A stretch of 64,000 bases of DNA. Source: an uncultured Acidimicrobiales bacterium. Its GTDB lineage: Bacteria; Actinomycetota; Acidimicrobiia; Acidimicrobiales; VFJN01. The notes beneath the pieces are model-generated. The model saw nothing but the letters and a program-made list of their open reading frames with translations. It was not told the DNA's origin and searched no databases. The stretch spans positions 10,434-74,433 of the forward strand of contig CAVTKS010000007.1 of assembly GCA_963735375.1 (NCBI GenBank), given 5' to 3'. Position numbers and translations under genes: made by a program. Of the stretch, positions 1 through 11,219 are shown piece after piece (the stretch's first letter is position 1; every line of letters starts with the position of its first letter).

Positions 1-704
1 CCCGGATCACCACCGCCCAGCTCGAGGACTTCGCGGGCCTCATGCGGCGCCTGTTTCGCGGCGAGACGATCGTCGGCCACGATGGTCCCGCCGGTTCGTG
101 GCCCGTTCTCTCGCTCGATCCAACCCTGGACGAGCACCTCCCGATGAGCATCGTCGCCTTCGGCCCGAACACGCTCGACCTCGCCGGGCGCTGCTTCGAC
201 GAGGTCGTCCTCCACACGTTCTTCACCGACGAGACGACCGCTCGATGCGTGCAGCGAGTCAAGCAAGCTGCCGAGCAGGCTGGTCGCGACCCGAGCTCGG
301 TGAAGGTGTGGTCGTGCTTCGCGACCGTCGGTGACTGGATCCCCGAGGACCTGCGACTGCTCAAGCTCGTCGGCCGCCTCGGGAGCTATCTGGAGGGCTA
401 CGGCGAGCTGCTCGTCCGGACCAACGGGTGGGACCTTGCGGTGCTCGAGCGCTTCCGTGCCGACCCTGTCGTGCAGAGCATCCGCGGCATCGACAGCACT
501 GCCACCAATGACCAGCTCGAGCACATCGCGACGCTCATCCCGGTCGAGTGGCTCGCGCCGGCGGCCGTCGGCGAGCCGAGGCAGTGCGTGGCGGCGATCC
601 GCAAGCAGCTCGAACTCGGCTGCGATGCCGTGATCATGCACGGTGCGACGCCCGCTGAGCTCCGGCCCATCGTCGAGGAGTACCGCTCCGGTCGGCCGCG
701 GTGA
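1..704 (+). CDS. LLM-class (probably F420-dependent) oxidoreductase, 5'-truncated by window edge
   Basis: Luciferase-like TIM-barrel motifs (FDEVVLHTFFTDETTARCV, AEQAGRDPSSVKVWSC, GCDAVIMHGATP); frame open back to the window start. Confidence 0.8.
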   Translation, partial: RITTAQLEDFAGLMRRLFRGETIVGHDGPAGSWPVLSLDPTLDEHLPMSIVAFGPNTLDLAGRCFDEVVLHTFFTDETTARCVQRVKQAAEQAGRDPSSVKVWSCFATVGDWIPEDLRLLKLVGRLGSYLEGYGELLVRTNGWDLAVLERFRADPVVQSIRGIDSTATNDQLEHIATLIPVEWLAPAAVGEPRQCVAAIRKQLELGCDAVIMHGATPAELRPIVEEYRSGRPR

Positions 705-714
705 TGCCATCGAC

Positions 715-1872
715 ATGCGGCGAGGAACCGACAGGGGTGCCTGTGAGACCTGGTTCGAAGTCGTACCCGACGGCCGCGAGGTCCTTGCCATCACGGCGCT
801 GTGCATGGCGATGGCGGCCATGTCGATCGATCTCCTCCTCCCCGCGTTCCCGGAGATGCGCGAGGCGTTCGGGCTCGCCCCGGGCGCCACCGAGATCTCC
901 AGGGTGCTCACGGGGTTCTTCGTCGGCCTGGGCGTCGGCTCGCTCGTCTTCGGGCCGCTCTCGGACCGCTTCGGCCGCAAGCCGATCCTCCACGCGGGCA
1001 TCGCCGTCTACATCGTCGGCGCGCTGGGATCGACACGTGTCGGGTCGCTCAACGCGTTCGCGTTGTGCAGGTTCGTGTGGGGCCTGGGTGCCGCGTGCCC
1101 ACGGTCGCTCGCGCTCTCCATCCTCCGCGACGTCTTCGAGGGAGACCGCATGGCGCGTGCCATGTCGAACGTCATGGCGACGTTCCTGGTCGTGCCGATC
1201 GTGGCCCCGAGCTTCGGGTCAGTCCTTCTCCTCGTCGACTGGCACCTGACGATCTGGGTTGCTGTCGCTGTTGCCGTCGTGCTCACAGTATGGGTGGCCA
1301 CGCGGTTGCCCGAGACGCTTCCGGTCGAGGAGCGCCTGTCTCTCGCACCCAGCGCCCTATGGAGCGCCGCCGGCGCGGTCGTGCGCAACCGGCAGACGAT
1401 GGCGTTCACCGCGTCGTCGACGTTCCTCATCGGCATCATCACCGCGTACGTCGATAGCACCCAGCTGATCATCGACGAGGTCTTCGGCCAGGCCGACCTC
1501 TTCCCCGTCCTCTTCGGCGTGAGTGTCACCACCGGCGGTCACCCGCCCCTGTGGATGTACCTCGCGACGACCGCCGTGATGCTCCCGGCTGTCGCGTCCC
1601 TCGGGCCGAACACCAACACCGCCGCGACGACGCCCCTCGGTGACGTGGCGGGCATGGCCGCCGCCATCATCACCACCATCTCGACCGCTGGCGGCGCGCT
1701 GCTCGGCAGCATCATCGACAGCGCCTACGATGGCTCCGTCCGACCGTTCACCATCGGGGCGCTCGCCTTCGCCGCCGCGGCGTGCGCAGCGGTGTGGCTC
1801 GCCGGCCCGCCGCAGGCCCACGTCCCCGACGAGCTCATCGCCAAGGGCGAGGGCATCGCCGTCATCGACTGA
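715..1872 (+). CDS. Bcr/CflA-family MFS drug:H+ antiporter, apparently with an internal in-frame deletion
   Basis: AMSIDLLLPAFP and MFS motif A GPLSDRFGRKP; jump FPVLFG->VSVTTGGHPPLW near 1515 looks to lack 1-2 TM helices; start uncertain. Confidence 0.75.
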   Translation: MRRGTDRGACETWFEVVPDGREVLAITALCMAMAAMSIDLLLPAFPEMREAFGLAPGATEISRVLTGFFVGLGVGSLVFGPLSDRFGRKPILHAGIAVYIVGALGSTRVGSLNAFALCRFVWGLGAACPRSLALSILRDVFEGDRMARAMSNVMATFLVVPIVAPSFGSVLLLVDWHLTIWVAVAVAVVLTVWVATRLPETLPVEERLSLAPSALWSAAGAVVRNRQTMAFTASSTFLIGIITAYVDSTQLIIDEVFGQADLFPVLFGVSVTTGGHPPLWMYLATTAVMLPAVASLGPNTNTAATTPLGDVAGMAAAIITTISTAGGALLGSIIDSAYDGSVRPFTIGALAFAAAACAAVWLAGPPQAHVPDELIAKGEGIAVID

Positions 1873-1984
1873 CCCATTCGGCAGGCTCCCCGCTGTCGAC
1901 AGACTCGACATCTTCTGCACCGCAGCTCGAGCACTCCGGCCGAACCTTCCGATCACTTCCGACGCCGAACTACAGGCTTTCCTC

Positions 1985-2915
1985 TCAAGAGACCGACGGC
2001 AGCACCTCTTCGGCGAGCAAAGCAAGGTGATCGAGATCGTGGATGTCGACCAGGTACAGGTACACGCGCGTGACACCGAGCTCGGCGCAGCGCCGCAGCT
2101 GCTCGATCACCTCGTCGGGCCTGCCGCCGACGTACGGGGTACTCGATGTGTCGACCTGCCGCCCGATGGCCTCCGCGCGCCGGGCGACCTCCTCGTCGTT
2201 GCGGCCGCAGCACACGACGGTCAGCAGCGAGAACGTCATGGTCTCTGATCGCGTCCGCGCTCCTCGCAGGCGCGAAGGACGTTGTCCCGTTGCGCCCCGC
2301 AGGCCTCGACTGAAGTCATCGGGATGTTGAACTCGTCTGCGTAGGTCGCCGCCAGCCGTGGGGTCCGCCTCGCACCCGAACCACCCACGATGATCGGCGG
2401 GTGCGGCCTCTGCGCCGGCTTCGGCAGCGCCGGCGAGTCCGTCACGGCATAGTGCGCGCCCTCGAACGAGAACCGGTCGCCCTCCTTCGTCTCCCACAGG
2501 CCGGACACGATGGCGAGCTGCTCCTCGAGCATCTCCATCCGCGTTCCCGTGGGCGGGAAGGGGATCGCGTAGGCGGTGTGCTCGGGTTCGAACCAGCCGG
2601 CGCCGAGCCCGAGCTCGACGCGACCACCGCTCATCATGTCGACCTGGGCGACGCTGATCGCCAGCGGCCGGGCAGGCGGAACGTCACCGGCGACACGAGC
2701 GTGCCGAGCCGGATGCGGGACGTCTCGCGCGCGATCCCGGCAAGGGTGATCCAGGCATCGGTCGAGCCTGGCAGACCTGGTGAGTCGTCGAACCTCGTGT
2801 AGTGGTCCGACCGGAAGAAGGCGTCGAAACCATGGGCTTCGGTTGCCTTGGCCACGGCGAGCAGGCCGTCATAGGACGCGCCCAGGTTCGGTTCGGTGAA
2901 GATGCGTAGGTCCAC
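1985..2915 (-). CDS. LLM-class F420-dependent oxidoreductase (Rv1855c-like), split by two frameshifts
   Basis: MDLRIFTEP..GASYDGLLAVA..FDAFFRSDHY, SGGRVELGLGAGW, PPIIVGGSG across three frames (breaks ~2665 and ~2240); TACGAT -10 lies 7 nt before the GTG. Confidence 0.8.
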
Positions 2916-3042
2916 GGCCCACATCGTAGTTTGCCTAGTAAGCACTCGCTTGCTGATCTCCTGGCGCCGGGCCATACTTCTCCGGTTGAACAGATCAGGG
3001 CTCGGCGTGCGTCGCAGCCCGCAACCCAGGGGAAGGTGCCAG

Positions 3043-4275
3043 ATGGTGGAGCAGCGCAGGTTGATCACCACCGACAGCCACACGGTCGCACCGCTGACGT
3101 TGGCGGATGAGCTACCTGAGCGCCTGCGGGGCAAGGTCCCCCACCTCGAGGAGCGCAGCGACGGTACGTATCTGGTTCGCCCCCTGCCGGGGATCGCGGA
3201 CAAGGACGGCAACGTGGACCGCGGCGACGCGATGACGAAGAACCTCCTGGCGGGGATCAAGGTCGATCCCGACGACGACGCGATGATGTCTCGGGTCCTG
3301 CATGGTGACGTCGCGCAGGAGGCGAACCCTGGCTTCACCGTCGAGCAACGGCTCGTCGAGATGGAGCGCGACGGCGTCGTCGGCGAGGTGCTGATCGGAG
3401 GTCCGTGGGGCGCGCTCTGCGACCCGGAGGTCGGCCTGCCTTGGGCTCAGATCATGAACGATTGGTTGGCCGACACGTATCGAGATCACCTCGATCAGTT
3501 CGCACCGAGCATCCACCTTCCGCTGTACGACGCCCGCGTCGCCGCGAAGGAGCTCGAGCGAGCGGCGGGCATGGGGCTCCGACCCGGCCTGTTGCCCGAC
3601 TTCTACCCCAACCGTCCGTACTCCTCGCAGCAGTGGGAGCCGCTCTGGGAGGCGGCAGCAGGTCTCGGCGTGCCGCTGGTGTTCCATCTGAGCGGCATGC
3701 GGGTCGCCCGTCCCAACAAGTCCCAGGGCGCGATGGGGATGGCCGCGTCAGGCACGCCCAAGGTCCTCACGTTCGGCTCGAGCGACATGATCACCGGCCT
3801 GGCGGTCATCTCCGCGGGGGTCGTGGAGACCGTTGGCTGGTTGGTGAACAGCGGTGTGCTCGAGCGTCATCCGGACCTACAGGTCGTGATGACCGAGTCC
3901 GGTGCGGGGTGGCTGGGCTGGCTGATGGACTTCATGGACTTCTACCACCAGCAGCGGTGGACCGGACCGGACGGCGCCATGCGGCTGGCCGGCTTCGTCG
4001 ACAAGCGGCCGAAGATCGCCGAGCTGCCGAGCCACTACGTGCGTCGGCAGGTCAAGTGCACCTTCATGCACGACGCCGCGGCGATCCGCCTCCGGGACTT
4101 CACCGGGCTCGACTGCCTCATGTGGGGCAACGACTACCCGCACATCGAGGGGACGTTCCCCTACTCGCAGAAGGCCGTAGACGAGCAGTTCGCCGGCGTG
4201 CCCGAGGCCGAGGTCATGCAGATCGTGCACGACAACGCGGCCAGGCTCTACGGGCTTGACAACCACGCGGCCTGA
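3043..4275 (+). CDS. Amidohydrolase_2-family protein
   Basis: ITTDSH, LVFH, VMTESGAGW, LMWGNDYPHIEGTFP metal-binding motifs; GGAAGGTG SD upstream. Confidence 0.85.
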   Translation: MVEQRRLITTDSHTVAPLTLADELPERLRGKVPHLEERSDGTYLVRPLPGIADKDGNVDRGDAMTKNLLAGIKVDPDDDAMMSRVLHGDVAQEANPGFTVEQRLVEMERDGVVGEVLIGGPWGALCDPEVGLPWAQIMNDWLADTYRDHLDQFAPSIHLPLYDARVAAKELERAAGMGLRPGLLPDFYPNRPYSSQQWEPLWEAAAGLGVPLVFHLSGMRVARPNKSQGAMGMAASGTPKVLTFGSSDMITGLAVISAGVVETVGWLVNSGVLERHPDLQVVMTESGAGWLGWLMDFMDFYHQQRWTGPDGAMRLAGFVDKRPKIAELPSHYVRRQVKCTFMHDAAAIRLRDFTGLDCLMWGNDYPHIEGTFPYSQKAVDEQFAGVPEAEVMQIVHDNAARLYGLDNHAA

Positions 4276-4435
4276 TCGAACGGGCCTCCATCGAAGCCTC
4301 CGAGACGGCCAGACGTGCCGGCTCCATCTGTTCGACGTCGCGACCTGTACGGCCGCGGTCATCAATGTGAACAGCTGGAGCCCCGACTCGACGCGATTCG
4401 CCTTCGTTTCGTATCCCCGTCGGTAGGGGCCGCTG

Positions 4436-5338
4436 GTGCTCGCCGTCTTTGGAGGTGTGCTGCTTCCCGTGCTGCTCGTCGCCGGCGTCGGTGGCGCTGT
4501 GGCCAAGCGGGTGGGGATGCCCATCGCCCCCCTGGCCGCGCTTACGTTCGACGTCTTCTCCCCGGCTCTCGTGTTCGAGGCGCTCCGGGAGGCCGAGACG
4601 AGCAGTGCGACAGCGGTCCAGGTCACCGTGGTCATCGTCGCGGGCTTCGTCGTCGTGGCCGCAGCAAGCATGGCGTGGTCGCGGCATCGCCATCATGATC
4701 GGCCAACCCTCGCTGCCGGCGCCCTGTGCGCCGCCGTCGGCAACATGGGCAACATGGGGCTCCCGATCGCATCCCTAGCGTTCGGACGGCCAGGTCTGGA
4801 CATCGCCGTGGTGGCGTTCGTCGCCTCGTCGGTGCTGACGTACTCCGGCGCGGTCATGCTCGCTTCGTATGCGTCAGGCTCGGCTCGTGACGCATTGCGC
4901 GCGCCCGTGCGCGTGCCGGCCCTCTGGGCAGCGCTCGGCGCGCTAGCGGTTCGCATCGGAGGAGTGCCGGTCCCGGACGCGGTGGCCGCCACCACCAGGA
5001 CGCTCGCGGGCGCCGCCGTCCCAGTGATGTTGGTGGTCCTCGGTCTGCAGGTACGCCAACACGCTCCAGCGATCCGCAACCTCCGCGCTGCCGTCGTCCC
5101 ACTCGGGCTCCGGCTCGGCGCGTCTCCTGCGATCGCCGCCGCTTTGGCGACCACTGTCGGCCTCGACGGCGTCGCCCGGAACACCATGATCGTGCTCGGT
5201 GGCATGCCCACAGCCGTCAACACGACCATCCTTGCCACGCAGTACCGCGCCCACCCTGCATTCGTGACGCAGGTCGTGGTGGCGTCGACGCTCGTCAGCG
5301 TCGTCTCCATCACGGTCCTCGTCACACTCCTTCACTGA
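4436..5338 (+). CDS. AEC (auxin efflux carrier/malate permease) family transporter
   Basis: ~10 TM helices; GNMGNMGLPI and GMPTAVNT motifs. Confidence 0.85.
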   Translation: MLAVFGGVLLPVLLVAGVGGAVAKRVGMPIAPLAALTFDVFSPALVFEALREAETSSATAVQVTVVIVAGFVVVAAASMAWSRHRHHDRPTLAAGALCAAVGNMGNMGLPIASLAFGRPGLDIAVVAFVASSVLTYSGAVMLASYASGSARDALRAPVRVPALWAALGALAVRIGGVPVPDAVAATTRTLAGAAVPVMLVVLGLQVRQHAPAIRNLRAAVVPLGLRLGASPAIAAALATTVGLDGVARNTMIVLGGMPTAVNTTILATQYRAHPAFVTQVVVASTLVSVVSITVLVTLLH

Positions 5339-5352
5339 ACGAGGTCGTCATC

Positions 5353-6253
5353 GTGCTGAACAGGAAGATCGGTTGGATTGGGACAGGGATCATGGGCTCC
5401 GCAATGTGCGGACATCTCATCGACGCTGGCTACGAGGTCGTCGTCTCGAACCGGACCCCTGAGCGGGCGCGCCGACTGATCGAACGAGGGGCGACCTGGG
5501 CGGATACTCCCGCTGAGCTCGCGGCGGCAAGCCAAGTCGTGTTCAGCATCGTCTCCAGGCCCGAAGATGTGCGACAGGTCGTTCTCGGGCCCCAGGGGAT
5601 CTTCGTGGGCGCCGAAAAGGGAACGATCCTCGTCGAGATGACCACAAGCGAGCCCTCGCTCGCGGAGGAGCTCGCTTACGTAGGCGGCGACCGGGGGATC
5701 CACGTCCTCGATGCGCCGGTGACAGGAGGTGACATCGGCGCGAGAGATGGCACCTTGTCGATCATGGTGGGCGGCCCGGCCGAGGTGCTCGACGAGGTCC
5801 GTCCGCTGCTCGAGCTGCTCGGCACCATGATCGTGCACCAAGGCGGCCACGGTGCTGGGCAGCGCACCAAGATGGCCAACCAGATGCTCATCGGGGGTCA
5901 GATGGTCGCCATCTGCGAGGCGCTGCTCTTCGCCGTGCACGCCGGCCTCGATCCCACGACTGTGCTGACATCGGTGAGCGCCGGCAGCGGCGCGGAGCGC
6001 GCTGTTGGAGAACCTCGCACCCCGCATCATCCGAGGAGACGTTGCCGCGGGGTTCTTGGTCGATCACTTTGTGAAGGACCTTGGCATCGCCCTCGCGGAG
6101 TCGACGCGCATGCAGCTGTCCCCGCCCGGGCTCGCCCTCGCCCACCAGCTGTACGTGGCAGTCCAAGCGCAGGGACGCGGTCGGAACGGCACGCAAGCCC
6201 TCATCCACGCGCTTGCATCGCTGTCAGGGGACGTGTGGCCGCCCGAGTCGTAG
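5353..6253 (+). CDS. NAD(P)-dependent beta-hydroxyacid dehydrogenase (3-hydroxyisobutyrate/tartronate semialdehyde reductase family), frameshift ~5995
   Basis: [29 protein letters not shown]; C-terminal [14 protein letters not shown] in the next frame. Confidence 0.85.
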
Positions 6254-6356
6254 CCGACGATCACAAGGGTTGTTTGTGAGGTGGGTGGTCACTACACTGA
6301 ACGGCCAGTGATCGGCCTGTGCACCGAGGCCGGACCGTGACGATGCATCGGAGGCA

Positions 6357-7567
6357 GTGGACATGCCCGTAGTCGACGTCGACAGCCACTTCGAGCCACA
6401 GTTCGCCGACGACAAGGATCACCCGCTCGCCGAGCTGTCGGACAAGCTCCCCGGCCGAGCAGAGATCGCCATCGAAGGGCTCGCCGGCGATCTCTGGAAC
6501 CAGACTGACGCCGAGACGCGGGCGGAGCTCGACGCGCGGATCCCGATGCTGCGCCTCTTGCGTGGCGAGGTGGACGGCGAGTTCGCGCAACAGATGATGG
6601 CTACGGCGGCCAACCGCCCACCTGCTGCGGACGATGCCGACGCCCGGGTCGCGTGGATGGATGCCGTCGGCATCGACTACGCGCTCGTCAATCCCGGCGG
6701 TGGCTACGCGGGACCCGTGGCGCTGACCAAGCGGTGGCTGCCTGACCCTGCCGACTATCAGCGCGGCGTCCGGCTGTGCAACGACTACCTCGCCGACTGG
6801 ACGGCCGGACACGCCGATCGCCTGGCCCCGGCGACGCTCATCGACGTCGATGACATCGACTGGTCGGTCGGCGAGTTGGAACGCATGCGGGGCGCGGCAG
6901 CCGTAGCGTGTTCTTGCCCGCCACCCCCTACGGTGGTCGTTCACCCGCCCACCCGGAGAACGACCGCCTGTGGGGGACCATGGCGTCACTCGGGATGATC
7001 GGCGTCCTCCACATCGGTTCGACACCGGCCAACTTCGCCGGCGGCTGGGCCGACGCGGGATGGCTCCTGCCGGGCGGCGGAGGCGCCGGCGGCTACGCCC
7101 GCTTCGCCAACTCGGCCCGCACCGAAGCGGCACAGAAGTTCATCAACGCCATGGTCTTCGGCGGCGCGTTCGAACGGGTCCCCACGGCAACGATCCTCCT
7201 GTCCGAGCTGTGGGCGGGATGGCTCCCGTGGTTCGTGGACCGGTTCGAGATGCTCGCCGACAGCGGCGGCGCGCTCGGCCCGATGGAGCTGTCGATGAGC
7301 CCCCAGGCCTATGTGCGTCGCAACATCAAGGCTTCCCCACTGCCCGGGATGCAGGACGACGGCATGACCATCATCCACTCGATCCCCGAGATGCTCGTGT
7401 TCTCCTCCGACTTCCCCCACACCGAAGGCAACGCCGATCCGATCCGGGTCTACGGAGCCGCGCTCGACGAGCTCCCGGACGCCGAGCGCACGGCGTTCCT
7501 CAGCGGAACGATGCTTGCCGTCTTCGAGCGGACCGGCGATCCGCTCGTGCTCGCCTCATCGTCGTAG
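6357..7567 (+). CDS. Amidohydrolase_2-family protein, frameshift ~6895
   Basis: VVDVDSH, GVLHIG, LVFSSDFPHTEG in two frames. Confidence 0.8.
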
Positions 7568-7596
7568 CCCGATCAGTTGGTCGGCCGGCCATCCGG

Positions 7597-8580
7597 TCAC
7601 AGGTCGATCTCGCACGTGACCCTGTCGGGGTCTGCGACCGAGCGAGCGACGACGATGCGATGCCTGCCCGCGGCCGCACGCCAGGCGTGGGCCTGAGGAT
7701 CGCGGGTGGCGAGACGATCGAGCGGGATGCGCAGATCGAAGCTGGCCGCGCCACCCGCCGGGATCTCGACACGGGCGAAGCCGACGAGTCGAGCCGGTAC
7801 GTTGGGATCAGGCAGATGGGCGTAGATCTGCACGACGTCGGCGCCGTCGCGGTCGCCCGTGTTGGCCACGGTGCCACCAACAACGATCTCCTCGTCGCTG
7901 ACGTTGACCTCGACATGATCAAGCTCGAAGGTGGTGTAGGCGAGGCCGAACCCGAACGGGAACGTCGGGGTGCGCTGCGTGCGAGAGAGATGCCACCATC
8001 CGTGCCAGCGGTCGTAGCGGAACGACGTCGCGTCGGGGTCAAAGGGCGGTAGGTCGGCTTCGTCAGCGGGGATGCTGAAGGGCAGCCGGGCCGACGGGTT
8101 GACGACGCCGAAGACCACGTCGGTCAGGCCGGGGCCCGCCTGCGAGCCGCCGTACCAAGCCTGCACGACCGCGGGAACCGCATCGACCCACTCGCTCATC
8201 AAGACGGCGCTGCCCGATTGGACGGCGACGATCGTGCGGGGATTGGCGGCAGCAACGGCACGAACGAGCGCGACGTCCTCGGCCCGCAACCGCAGCCAGG
8301 TGCGGTCACCGACGCCGTACTTGGGACGTGCTGATACGTGCGCTGGCATGGTGGTCGGTGGGAGGTCAGCGAGCATCGCCTCGAACCGCTGGAGCACCTC
8401 GGGTTCATCGCAGGGTGGGAAGAGCTGCGCCAACGACGCGCCGCCGTCGCCGATCTGCTCGCCCTCGTCGAGGTACGTGTAGCCGACCACGACGATCGCA
8501 GCGTCCGCCGCCGCGGCGACCGCCGCTGCGCGCCGCGCGTCGGCACCGTCGTCGTACGTGACGGTGCCGGCCGCTGACAG
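7597..8580 (-). pseudogene. GH3 beta-glucosidase C-terminal part (GH3_C + Fn3-like); N-terminal catalytic barrel missing
   Basis: DAAIVVVGY, AVVQAWYGG, NPSARLPFSIP, FPFGFGLAYTTF, GADVVQIY, LVGFARV; homology ends ~8580. Confidence 0.8.
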
Positions 8581-8975
8581 TTCGCCTCAAGTTCCTGGAC
8601 GCGATCGCCGGCCAGCCCGTCGAGGGCGTCGCAGTAGCCGTCGAGCCAACCACCCCTCGCCGCCAGGAACGAGCCCGAGCCCACGCGTGGTGGAGCCTGG
8701 CCTGGCACCTCGCCGAACGCAACGTGACCCAGCTCGTGATCGAGGCCCGCGAGGAGGACCTGAACCGCCGCGACCAGAGCACCCTGTCCGCCATCCAGCG
8801 AGCCGGCATCGGCACCGCCATCGCCTATCGGTTCGCATACTCCAGCGAGCGGCCACTGCTGTGGGCAGCCGACGCGCTCGCTGGCGCCCTCAGCGCCCAA
8901 CTCGGCGACGGCACCACTCGCTACACCGACCGCCTCCCCGCCTGCCTGACCGAGATCCACCACATCGCCGGATGA
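8574..8975 (+). pseudogene. 5'-truncated DUF3800-like protein
   Basis: Open frame ..RRQERARAHAWWSLAWHL..LVIEAR..NRRD..ERPLLWAADALAGA resembles actinobacterial DUF3800-like proteins; no start or N-terminal acidic motif; family call from memory. Confidence 0.55.
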
Positions 8976-9062
8976 CGCGCACAGGCCCGGGCTCCCGTCA
9001 TTCCGGCGGGGGGTCCCGGGCCTCACTTCCGGATGCGGAACGCCTCCGGCACCCACAGGATA
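8976..9062 (+). ncRNA. Structured RNA downstream of DUF3800-like gene (DUF3800 RNA-motif-like)
   Basis: Stem AGGCCCGGG 8983-8991/CCCGGGCCT 9015-9023 with an inner stem, linker CACTT, second hairpin CCGGA 9029-9033/TCCGG 9045-9049. Confidence 0.5.
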
Positions 9063-9254
9063 CCTGCCCCGCATCGACGTGCCCAGCACGATCGCCGCGG
9101 TCGGCAGCACCGAGGGCAAGGCCGACAGGCCAGGACTGACCGAGAAGTCGAGATAGACCGGCCGCTATAGGTAGGCGTGGAGGATCGTCGCACGCGAGAC
9201 GCTGAGCCAACACAACCGGGCGACGGACAGGCCGGCGACGATCGCACCCACCTG

Positions 9255-9386
9255 ATGGCCGTCGTCAGGGTCACGGGCGAGCCCCCGCAGCTCACCCCCG
9301 CAGCGGCGTCGGCGCTGTTGCGCATCGTGCTCAAGGCCACCGCTCACCGGACACCGTCACAAGACGGCGCGCGCCGGGCCGGGTGA
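9255..9386 (+). CDS. Small hypothetical protein preceding the serine recombinase
   Basis: MAVVRVTGEPPQLTPAAASALLRIVLKA..; stop overlaps a possible recombinase GTG (GTGA 9383-9386); may start at 9177. Confidence 0.4.
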   Translation: MAVVRVTGEPPQLTPAAASALLRIVLKATAHRTPSQDGARRAG

Positions 9387-9409
9387 GCTCGCGCCTACCC
9401 TCTGCGGCC

Positions 9410-11045
9410 ATGGCGCGCTTCGCCTTCTACGGCCGAGTCAGCACCGAGGACCAGCAGGACCCCGAGTCGTCCAAGGCGTGGCAGCTCGCCCGCTCCCGCC
9501 AGCTCATCGAGCCGGCCAGCGGCGAGATCGTCGCCGAGTTCTTCGACATCGGCGACAGTCGGTCGATCCCCTGGAAGCGTCGCCCCGAGGCGACCCGCCT
9601 GCTCGAGTCGTTCCGCGATCCTCGACCGGGGGTTCGACGCCGTGGTGATCGGCGAGCCTCAGCGTGCGTTCTACGGCAACCAGTTCGGGCTGACGTTCCC
9701 CGTGTTCACGCACTACGGCGTCGCGCTGTGGGTGCCCGAGGTCGGCGGCGCCATCGACCCGGGCAGCGAAGCACACGACATGGTGATGTCGCTCTTCGGC
9801 GGCATGAGCAAGGGCGAGCGCATGCGCATCAAGACACCGCGTCCGCGCGGCCATGGCCGCCCAGGCTGCAGGCGAGGGCCGCTACCTCGGTGGGCGGCCG
9901 CCCTACGGCTACCGTCTCGCCGACGCCGGACCCCACCCCAATCCCAGCAAGGCCGCCGACGGCAAGCGCCTTCGCCGCCTCGAGCCCGATCCCGTGACCG
10001 CGCCTGTGGTCCAGCGGATCTTCGACCGAGTTCATCGACGGCATCGGCCTGCACCTCATCGCCACCAGCCTGAACCACGACGGAATCCTCTCCCCCTCGG
10101 GACACGACCCGGCCCGCAACCGCCACCGCGCTACCGGCCGAGGACGCTGGGCGAAGTCCGCGGTGCGGGCCATCCTCATGAACCCGCGCTACACCGGCCG
10201 CCAGGTGTGGAACCGGCAACGACGAGACGAGGTGCTCATCGAGCGTCGACGACGTCGCCCTCGGCCACGAGACCAAGATGCGATGGAACCCCGACTCCGA
10301 CTGGGTGTGGTCCGCCGAGACCGGTCCATGAGCCCCTCGTGTCCGTCGACGAGTTCGAGGCCGCCCAGACGATGTTCACCGTCAAGAAGCAGGCCACCAG
10401 CCGCACCCCCATCGACGGCCGCCTCTACCAGCTCTCCGGCCTGCTGCACTGCTCGCTCTGCACCCGTCGGATGCAGGGCCAGTGGAACCACAACCGGGCC
10501 TACTACCGGTGCAAGTTCCCCGAGGACTACCCGATCGAGGACCCCGAACATCCCCGCAGCGTCTACGTCCGCGAGGACGCCATTACCCGGGGCCTCGACT
10601 GCTGGCTCGCCGCGCTGTTCGACGACGACCACCTCGATCGACACGTGTGAGCTGCTGGCGGGGGCCTCCGAACCCGACGACGCCACCGAACAGCGCGTCG
10701 CCCGACTACGGAGCCAGATCACCGACTGCGACCGACGCCTCGACGGCTACCGCTCGGTCGTCGACAACGGCGGCGATGTCTCCGTCGTCGCCAAGTGGAT
10801 CGGCGAGACCCAACGCGAACGGAAGACACTCCTCGCCCAGCTCAACTCACCGCTGCACAGCGAGGAGCTCACGGCGGACCAGGTCAGAGCACTCGTCGAA
10901 GCCCTGCGGGACATCGTCGGCGACGCTGGCGGAGGCCGACCCTGCCGACAAGACGGAGCTGTACAGGGCACTCGGGGTCAGCCTGTCGTACAACCCAGAC
11001 GGGCTGGTCACCGTCGAGGCTCGACCCGCGTGGGGTAAACGTACG

Positions 11046-11064
<19 letters not shown>
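9410..11064 (+). mobile_element. Large serine recombinase (integrase) gene with ~8 frameshifts
   Basis: FAFYGRVSTEDQQD catalytic motif, GRYLGGRPPYGY, ILMNPRYTG, HEPLVS, Zn ribbon LSGLLHCSLC..YYRC, coiled coil; ends inside the tRNA-Leu 3' arm. Confidence 0.85.
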
Positions 11065-11130
<66 letters not shown>

Positions 11131-11219
11131 GTGGCTGCCCAGCGGGGCCGGGCAAGGGGAGACACTCTAGCGCGACGGCTCAGCCCGCCCAATCGGGCGA
11201 CGACGTGCGCTGACCGAGG

